In this document: positions 16,537 to 20,000 of the stretch, in pieces
How the letters are laid out: each line of letters starts with the position of its first letter
How positions within the stretch are numbered: position 1 is the first letter of the stretch
Virus record (IMG/VR): IMGVR_UViG_3300010938_000026
DNA length: 20,000 bases
Source of the DNA: an uncultured virus (IMG/VR IMGVR_UViG_3300010938_000026)
Taxonomy: Duplodnaviria > Heunggongvirae > Uroviricota > Caudoviricetes
Direction: 5' to 3' (one strand)
Program-made: the position numbers and the translations under genes
The notes under the pieces: generated by a model
Databases searched by the model: none
Seen by the model: the letters and a program-made list of their open reading frames with translations, nothing else
Told to the model about the DNA's origin: nothing

Positions 16537-17015
16537 AAATTCCCGTTGGGTTTATCCCAGGGTGCTACAGTCAGATAAAGAGAGCTTCGTACATAGTTTT
16601 CTAAAATGTATTGCGGCGGCTCGAGCCCGGCGCGGGGATATGGATGTACTAGGCGGTCGGCGTACTCGCGATCGTAACTGGAGTGCACCTCAACGAAATG
16701 GTCAGCTATGATCCGATGATTCGTCCCCTTCAGGTAGAGAATCCATTTCCCATCGGCCGTTTGGTACGGTCGTTCGTCTTGGGCCCGTTCCCACCAGTCT
16801 ACCCGAATGATGCCATCCGGCTCATAAACCCAGCCGATCCATTGTTTCAGGTATGGCGCCCATTTGATCTTTGGGAACAAATCGGTATCGAGTGTATAAA
16901 CAACGTTAAGCTCCAAGATCACGACATGGTGATCTTGGATCAACGAATGCGGAATGCTGCCGCACGAACACACAATTCCAATGGCTAAAATTAATCTTAA
17001 GATTAAGTTCTTCAT
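16533..17015 (-). CDS. Putative secreted protein or lipoprotein, 160 aa
   Basis: Start MKNLILRLILAIGIVCSC overlaps the upstream stop (ATGA); signal-peptide/lipobox-like. ILELNVVY...KQWIGW...VDWW resembles a family I recall from Planctomycetota. Confidence 0.7.
   Translation of the reverse strand: MKNLILRLILAIGIVCSCGSIPHSLIQDHHVVILELNVVYTLDTDLFPKIKWAPYLKQWIGWVYEPDGIIRVDWWERAQDERPYQTADGKWILYLKGTNHRIIADHFVEVHSSYDREYADRLVHPYPRAGLEPPQYILENYVRSSLYLTVAPWDKPNGNF
16991..17006. promoter_or_regulatory. Palindromic site copy 3 (shorter arms), inside signal-peptide codons
   Basis: TTAATC-TTAA-GATTAA. Confidence 0.4.
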
Positions 17016-17260
17016 TGCACTCTTATGATTGGTTTTCCGAACATGCTCAGGTAGCTGGCCAGCTTCTGTCCAAGCGGGCTTTCTGCGTTTTTTAGGCCCA
17101 CTACTGTACAGTATATCTCTTGTTTTTGCTTGTAGAGTTCGCTGCAATGGATCGATTTCGGATCACGCGCGTGCCGGCCGAGTTCCGGCTGTTTTGCCCA
17201 TTCCCGAAGCATGTGGGTGATGTCATGGATCGTGAGGTGTGCTACGCCAAGGTCCAGCAT
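17012..17260 (-). CDS. Small hypothetical protein, 82 aa
   Basis: ATG at 17260 with TAAGGAG 7 nt upstream, preferred over 17398; ATGA-coupled to the downstream gene. Confidence 0.7.
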   Translation of the reverse strand: MLDLGVAHLTIHDITHMLREWAKQPELGRHARDPKSIHCSELYKQKQEIYCTVVGLKNAESPLGQKLASYLSMFGKPIIRVQ

Positions 17261-17377
17261 AAGCGAGCTCCTTAACCATCGGATGAAATAACGTCGGTGG
17301 GGCGTTTGGTATATGTTATAAAATATACTTTGTCCGCACGTTAACCTGAAATTCCAACCTAAGTCGTGGAGCAACCC

Positions 17378-17509
17378 ATGAACCCCCAGCTCAAGCAATT
17401 GATTTCATCGTTACAAGGCACCCCTGAAGAGATTGCCAACCAGCTCAATGCCAAGACGGTTGAAGTGTCACGGCCTGCGGTCTTTACGAGTGCTGGACTT
17501 ATCATCTGA
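17378..17509 (+). CDS. 43-aa ORF, probably a truncated homologue of the gene starting at 19781
   Basis: Not in the ORF track. GGAG RBS; MNPQLKQLISSLQGTPEEIANQLNAKTVEVSRPAVFTSAGLII. Confidence 0.55.
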   Translation: MNPQLKQLISSLQGTPEEIANQLNAKTVEVSRPAVFTSAGLII

Positions 17510-17527
17510 TTATATAGGAGAATCAAC

Positions 17528-17848
17528 ATGAACAATCCCATCGTCATTCGTTTTAGCAACGAGCGTCCCATCATGGTAGATTTGGCCAGTGCTTACTGGC
17601 GGGCTAAGCAGGCGCTCCAAGAGTATGACACTCTTGGTCTTGATGCCTTGCTTGCCCACGATACAACATTCACCGACCTGTTAGAGGATGGAGCACCAGG
17701 GGACGGTCGGCCTCCTATGTCCGCTGGTGCTGTGCGCTTGAGCGTGGAAGCATTGCGCCAGCTTGTGCAGCACGTTGAGACAACGATGTTGCCGACGGGT
17801 AAGCCATTGATTCAAGGTGCAACAGCGATTGCTCCGTTCATTCGTTGA
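17528..17848 (+). CDS. Hypothetical phage protein, 106 aa
   Basis: RBS TAGGAG; FSNERPIM and DGAPGDGRP motifs; lies next to virion-like genes. Confidence 0.75.
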   Translation: MNNPIVIRFSNERPIMVDLASAYWRAKQALQEYDTLGLDALLAHDTTFTDLLEDGAPGDGRPPMSAGAVRLSVEALRQLVQHVETTMLPTGKPLIQGATAIAPFIR

Positions 17849-17856
17849 GGTAGGAT

Positions 17857-19233
17857 ATGGCATATCCGATCATTACATTCAATTTCGATACCGGCTCCGA
17901 TATCCTCTGTAGTGGTGCTCCGGCTACGATGTCGCCTATCAATGGCCTAAATGCTGTTGTCACATCCGGGAACAATACCATAAATCTCTTGACCGATAAT
18001 CCTGACCTGACTCCGGTACCTACAGATTCTACAGCCGTTATCTGGATAGAAAGCCCCGATCCGAACCGAAATCACTTCACGATCTTCAATAAGAATAACA
18101 CGGCGAAAACAGTAAGTGTTACTCCTACACCTACCTATAGCGGCACATTCCGCTGGGCGATAGGTGGGAAAAGAAAGTCGTGGGATGAGGCGCAATCAAA
18201 GAGGATGTTTCAATTCAAGGGTAAGACTGCAATAGTTACTGAGACCGATCAGACCATATCATCGACCATTAGAATTGTATCTGACTTGGACGCGACAGAT
18301 ACTGTGGGATGGGTGGGCGCTGAAGATAAGAAAGGACGCCGCGTTTTAACTATGACTGCTGATGATGTTGCAATTTTGTGCGACACCGCTTATGGAGGAA
18401 TCATTGCGGGATTACACGTCAAAAACAGCGCTGCAACCAAAGTAAATGCATTAGGGATCAAAGCAACCAGTAATGGTGTAGTTCTACAACTGCTCAATTG
18501 TATTTTCGGCGACGCTACTAATAAACTTAGCGGCAATCTTTTAGGCGCCAATTTGGTATCTAACTGTGCGTTTATTTATTGCGTTAATCATGGTGTTAAT
18601 GATGAAGGCGGTAGTGGCATACATCCATATTTCGGGTGTGTCTTTGCATACAATGGTGGAGATGGATATTTTCGTTCTAGCACTTATAATCCTCGCAGGT
18701 TTATCAATTGTTTGTTTTATCGGAATACGGGTCGCGGGGCGCTTGTGCCTGACCACCAAATGGCGGATATTTTTGGATGCACATTCTGTTATAACGGTTC
18801 TCACGGACTAGAAGTAAATGGTGCCAGTGAAGCGCCACGTATAGCCAATTGTATTTTCGCGTTTAATGGTGGTTATGGTTTATACAGGGCCAATAATAGC
18901 GAATATAGCACCAGGTATTTCCGCACTGGCTACAACTGCTTCTGGAACAATGCTAGCGGGTCAGCATTCAATTATGATTTTCGCTATGGCGACGTGGTGA
19001 TGGATCCACAATTCATTGATCCAGCGAACGACGATTTCCGAATTGGAGAGAATCTTAAGGCATTAGGATTTCCTTCTTACCGCGTCAATGAGTTTGGTTT
19101 TGGCGGCGTAAATCCCGTGCCGATTATCAATCCAAACATGAAAACCTACGTTGATATTGGTGCTGCTCAAAGGCAAGAGCCCGCTAGTGGCGGAGGAACA
19201 GTATTTCGTCCAATAGTAGGAGCGATATTCTGA
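17857..19233 (+). CDS. Right-handed parallel beta-helix protein (tail spike/depolymerase-like)
   Basis: RBS GAGGTAGGA. Repeats NCxFxxNxGxG; DPQFIDPANDDFRI and terminal DIGAAQ motifs. Confidence 0.85.
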   Translation: MAYPIITFNFDTGSDILCSGAPATMSPINGLNAVVTSGNNTINLLTDNPDLTPVPTDSTAVIWIESPDPNRNHFTIFNKNNTAKTVSVTPTPTYSGTFRWAIGGKRKSWDEAQSKRMFQFKGKTAIVTETDQTISSTIRIVSDLDATDTVGWVGAEDKKGRRVLTMTADDVAILCDTAYGGIIAGLHVKNSAATKVNALGIKATSNGVVLQLLNCIFGDATNKLSGNLLGANLVSNCAFIYCVNHGVNDEGGSGIHPYFGCVFAYNGGDGYFRSSTYNPRRFINCLFYRNTGRGALVPDHQMADIFGCTFCYNGSHGLEVNGASEAPRIANCIFAFNGGYGLYRANNSEYSTRYFRTGYNCFWNNASGSAFNYDFRYGDVVMDPQFIDPANDDFRIGENLKALGFPSYRVNEFGFGGVNPVPIINPNMKTYVDIGAAQRQEPASGGGTVFRPIVGAIF

Positions 19234-19234
19234 T

Positions 19235-19759
19235 ATGACTATCAAGAACAACCAAGTGCACATAGTGTACTATGCCTACGATAGTAGCGGCCCTAAGACG
19301 GGCGACGCGGCGAATCATGTCTTGAAACTTCGCCGTGATGGAACGCTCATTACTCCAACAAATAGTCCTGTAGAAATATCTGCTGCTGATGCCCCTGGGA
19401 TGTATGAGTTACTGGTAACTGAAACGGAGAACACGGGGCGCTCAATGGCATTGATAGGAAGAAGCACTACGTCTGGCGTATTTATTCAGCCGGTGTACTG
19501 GACGAACGAGCATAATGTATCGCGGTATGATGACGGGTTATCCCCCGGTACCGACGTTTGGTTGAATACAGTTATTGACGGCACACTTACGGCCAAACAA
19601 TTATTGGCTCTCATTGCTTCCGCATGTGCAGGGCTTCTGTCCGGCGCTGGTACAGGTACAGTGATTATCAAAGCGATAAATGATGGCACCACGACACGTA
19701 TAACTGCGACCGTCGATAGTCTGGGGAACCGTTTGAACATAACACTTAATCCGCCGTAA
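19235..19759 (+). CDS. Putative phage virion structural protein, 174 aa
   Basis: SPVEISAADAPGMYELLVT..E.. N-domain; C-terminal QLLALIASACAG.LSGAGT...RITATVD..GNR motif recalled from phage proteins. Confidence 0.75.
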   Translation: MTIKNNQVHIVYYAYDSSGPKTGDAANHVLKLRRDGTLITPTNSPVEISAADAPGMYELLVTETENTGRSMALIGRSTTSGVFIQPVYWTNEHNVSRYDDGLSPGTDVWLNTVIDGTLTAKQLLALIASACAGLLSGAGTGTVIIKAINDGTTTRITATVDSLGNRLNITLNPP

Positions 19760-19780
19760 TCTGTGGTGAGGAAACAAGCC

Positions 19781-20000
19781 ATGTATGACAAGCTAGTACC
19801 AGAACTCCGGGGCGATCCCGATAATGTTGGCTACGCCGCAATGACCGACGAGCAGATTGCAGCAGCCATGCTAGAGCCTGCTGGCGTAGAAGTCGTAGAC
19901 CACTACGCCAGTTTTCGCCAGATTGCTGCGGTACTTGATGATGCGGAATACAACCAACTGCGCAATCTGCTTGACGGCATTGCACGAACAAATAGACGTG
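19781..20000 (+). CDS. Hypothetical phage protein, 3'-truncated by the window edge
   Basis: GTGAGG RBS. MYDKLVPELRGDPDNVGYAAMTDEQIAAAM...; open to the end of the window. Confidence 0.75.
   Translation, partial: MYDKLVPELRGDPDNVGYAAMTDEQIAAAMLEPAGVEVVDHYASFRQIAAVLDDAEYNQLRNLLDGIARTNRR

Noticed and set aside
17300..17345. Divergent sigma70 promoters in an AT-rich patch
   Set aside because: -10-like hexamers are present but no convincing -35 at proper spacing.

Overview
Gene-dense window that reads like part of a large bacteriophage or prophage-type element. The host is probably Planctomycetota, which I infer only from recalled protein motifs. No rRNA, tRNA, CRISPR array, transposase, integrase or reverse transcriptase is visible. 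There are four blocks. (1) 1-7858 (+) is a tightly coupled operon of orphan genes ending in an intrinsic terminator. It holds an array of divergent ~160-190 aa Arg/aromatic-rich genes, some of which look like paralogues, and two tandem 'G-x-L-H-x-x-x-G-P-A' repeat proteins. (2) 7978-12881 (+) encodes a 79-Ser homopolymer/Cys-rich protein, a Cys-rich+GT25-like fusion, a GT9 heptosyltransferase-like enzyme with a Cys cluster, an HldE/PfkB-type sugar kinase and a papain-fold protein lacking its catalytic triad. This is a candidate self-contained protein O-glycosylation (heptosylation) module. (3) 12832-15179 (-) holds membrane/lysis-like and virion-like genes, in which a 22-aa-repeat gene appears to be split in register by insertion of a complete 151-aa gene. 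(4) 15317-20000 holds hypothetical genes, a putative lipoprotein, a beta-helix tail-spike-like protein and virion-like proteins. A palindrome (T)TTAATC-N4-GATTAA(A) occurs three times near module boundaries. A 10-N assembly gap lies at 16050-16059. All family assignments come from motif recognition; no searches were run.
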